From positions 448,001 through 512,000 of the forward strand of contig JAXSNR010000002.1 in the NCBI GenBank assembly GCA_037925075.1: DNA of 64,000 nt. The letters are read 5' to 3'. A model generated the notes under the pieces. The model was not told where the DNA came from. It searched no databases and worked only from the letters and a program-made list of their open reading frames with translations. The position numbers and the translations under genes were made by a program. How positions within the stretch are numbered: the stretch's first letter is position 1; each line of letters begins with the position of its first letter. The DNA comes from Aquificaceae bacterium. GTDB taxonomy: Bacteria > Aquificota > Aquificia > Aquificales > Aquificaceae. This document shows, piece after piece, positions 61,921-64,000 of the stretch.

Positions 61921-62415
61921 ATGAGGTTTTTAGTTTTTATTCTTTTGATGCCTTTCCTTGTCTTTTCTGCGGAAGCCATACCCTTCTTAAAGCCCTCCCT
62001 TTTAAACCTCAAGGAAGACCTCGAAGATGCAAAAAAGGAAAACAAGCTTCTATTTATCATGTTCCATCAGGAAGCCTGTCCCTTTTGCGACAAGATGAGA
62101 AAAGTAACCTTTCAGGACAAAAGGGTCCAAGAGTACTTTACAAAACACTTCCACATGATAGAGATAGACATAAGAGGTTCCAACGAGGTGATTGACCTTG
62201 ATGGTAAAGGTCTCACAGAAAGGCAGTTTTCCCTAAAACATGGTATAAGGCTAACCCCTGTTTTTCTTTTCTTGGACCGCGATGGCAAGGTGGTTGCAAA
62301 GGTCCCTGGATATGTGGAACCTCAGGAGTTTATACTTATAGGGAGATACTTGGTAGAAGGGCATTACAAAAGTAAAAACTTGGTTCAATTTCTTAGAGAA
62401 AACAGAGGAAGATGA
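61921..62415 (+). CDS. Periplasmic thioredoxin-fold protein (SoxW-like)
   Basis: Signal peptide, CPFC, IRLTP, PGY. Confidence 0.82.
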   Translation: MRFLVFILLMPFLVFSAEAIPFLKPSLLNLKEDLEDAKKENKLLFIMFHQEACPFCDKMRKVTFQDKRVQEYFTKHFHMIEIDIRGSNEVIDLDGKGLTERQFSLKHGIRLTPVFLFLDRDGKVVAKVPGYVEPQEFILIGRYLVEGHYKSKNLVQFLRENRGR

Positions 62416-63614
62416 TATTTCTCTTCCTCTTATTCCTTTTTAGCCTTTCCCTTTCTCAAGAAGTAATAGACCTTGATCACAAAAAGGTATACCAACTTGC
62501 ACTCAAGAACAACAAGGACCTCCAGAGGTTAAAGCATCAGATAAGCGCCCTTGATGTGGATTATCAGCTTGCTCAAAAATACTACCTACCTATAATCTAC
62601 GCAGGAGCTTCATTGCTTTATGATTTTGATAAAAAGGACACAAGGACCACAGGCAACCTTGTGGTCATAAGCACCCTGTACGAGTTTCAGCAAACAAGGT
62701 CAAGGATTGAAGTTTCAAGGCTAAGAAGAGACATGGCACAGATTATGTTGCAACAACTCCATAGGGATATACAGCTTAGGATAATTAAGCTTTTTGCACA
62801 AGCCCACCTATACAAAAAACTTACTGAGGTAAAGAGGGAAGAAATGGCCATAGCCTATGTGCGTTTTGACAGGGCAAGGGAAAGGAAAGAACTCGGACTT
62901 GCCACAGAGCATGAGGTCCTTAGATTAGAAAGCTTCTACAGAGAAAAGAGAAGTGAGCTCCTATACGCCCAGCATATGTACAATCACACACTTCTTGAGA
63001 TAAAGCAACTTGCTGGCATACCCTACGAAGCCATAGTACAACTTCAGGACCTGCCTTATGCGGAGCCTGAAAAACTCCTTGCGGATTTTAACAGTCTTAG
63101 ACAAGAGGCACTAACTAAAAATGCCAGTATTGCCTTAAAGGAGCTTGAGCTAAGGAGTTATGAGGAGGACATAAAGGTAGCAAAACAGGTTCTCTCTCCT
63201 AAGTTGAACCTTAGAATATCCACAGATAGGAGTGGTCTTGAGATATCTACACCCATCTTTGATGCCGGCAGGCAGTACAAGGTTGATTACCTCTCTAACA
63301 TGAAGAGGAGCGTTTATACGGAAAAGGAGAGTTTGGAAGAGAATATAAAGCTAATATTCTTTTCAGCCCCCTACGAATGGGAATACCTTAAGGCACAATG
63401 GAGCCAAGTCCTTGCAAGGAACAAGTTTGCGGAGGAGAATCTAACCCTTAGAAGGTCTGAGTATGAGCTTGAGCTTGCCTTTGACCTTGGCTACGCCATG
63501 GCAGAAAAGAGCGAGGCGGAAAGGCAACTCATGGAAGCCCGCTACAAGCTTATACTCTTTTGGGCAAAGCTATTTAACCTTGCGGGCATAGAACCTTTTA
63601 GGGCGCTGGAGTAA
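62412..63614 (+). CDS. TolC-family outer membrane protein
   Basis: Signal peptide, ALKNN.DL, two OEP-like helical repeats, PIFDAG. Confidence 0.75.
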   Translation: MIFLFLLFLFSLSLSQEVIDLDHKKVYQLALKNNKDLQRLKHQISALDVDYQLAQKYYLPIIYAGASLLYDFDKKDTRTTGNLVVISTLYEFQQTRSRIEVSRLRRDMAQIMLQQLHRDIQLRIIKLFAQAHLYKKLTEVKREEMAIAYVRFDRARERKELGLATEHEVLRLESFYREKRSELLYAQHMYNHTLLEIKQLAGIPYEAIVQLQDLPYAEPEKLLADFNSLRQEALTKNASIALKELELRSYEEDIKVAKQVLSPKLNLRISTDRSGLEISTPIFDAGRQYKVDYLSNMKRSVYTEKESLEENIKLIFFSAPYEWEYLKAQWSQVLARNKFAEENLTLRRSEYELELAFDLGYAMAEKSEAERQLMEARYKLILFWAKLFNLAGIEPFRALE

Positions 63615-63934
63615 ATAAACTCTATGCAACTGTTAGGTTTGAGGCTCAGGTTCCCAAAGATGGCGGGAAAGGGCCTTTACACAGGAGGTTGCGCAAGTAG
63701 GGGCAAACGCGGACAAGCACGTGAGCCTTGAGTTTATTAATCTATATAATGTGAGGCGTGTTTTAGGAAGTATCTAAGAGACTTAGTGATGTTGGGGATA
63801 TATGTAGAGGCTGGTTAATGGTTGACAGGCAGGGCTATACTATCATTAAAGTCGGAAGTTCAATCCTTGGAGCTGTTTAACAAAGTAGAGCTTTCCACCT
63901 ATAATCCACACGCTTTTGATGTATATTTATGTTT

Positions 63935-64000
63935 ATGGGTGAAATGTCTATTCTTATAGCCTTTAGTGCGGGTGTGCTTTCCTTCCTTTCTCCCTGCGTC
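63935..64000 (+). CDS. ccdA: Start of cytochrome c biogenesis protein CcdA (runs off the window)
   Basis: MGEMSILIAFSAGVLSFLSPCV. Confidence 0.8.
   Translation, partial: MGEMSILIAFSAGVLSFLSPCV

Noticed and set aside
63626..63633. GCAACTGT resembling part of a cobalamin riboswitch
   Set aside because: The other conserved elements are not present in the right order.

Overview
A gene-dense bacterial chromosomal segment. Gene content, purine-rich coding strands and very short intergenic spaces suggest a thermophile of the Aquificaceae (Hydrogenobacter/Thermocrinis-like); this assignment is inference. Positions 1-9.3 kb hold the trailer end of one CRISPR array, four housekeeping genes (rimI, hpt, pncA, sfsA), a probable ~90-nt small RNA, a divergent cas6, a 3-repeat mini-array with the same 29-nt repeat, and a type III-A csm operon with no cas1/cas2 or cOA effector nearby. 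Positions 9.3-47.8 kb are mostly core metabolism and translation genes plus three tRNAs. Positions 47.9-53.4 kb are a soxW-Y-Z-A-X-B thiosulfate-oxidation cluster without soxCD. Positions 55.8-61.9 kb are a decaying flagellar/chemotaxis region. The most unusual signals are: (i) a self-contained C-rich-loop sRNA with CRISPR-repeat-like flanks directly downstream of cas6; (ii) an intact bioH frame whose only canonical start before its first conserved motif lies inside a gapless tRNA-Pro/tRNA-Arg tandem; (iii) a near-identical Fur/PerR-type box over the promoters of the Fur-family gene and the sox operon; (iv) pervasive leaderless and bidirectional -10 promoters. All calls come from motif recognition by eye; no searches were run.
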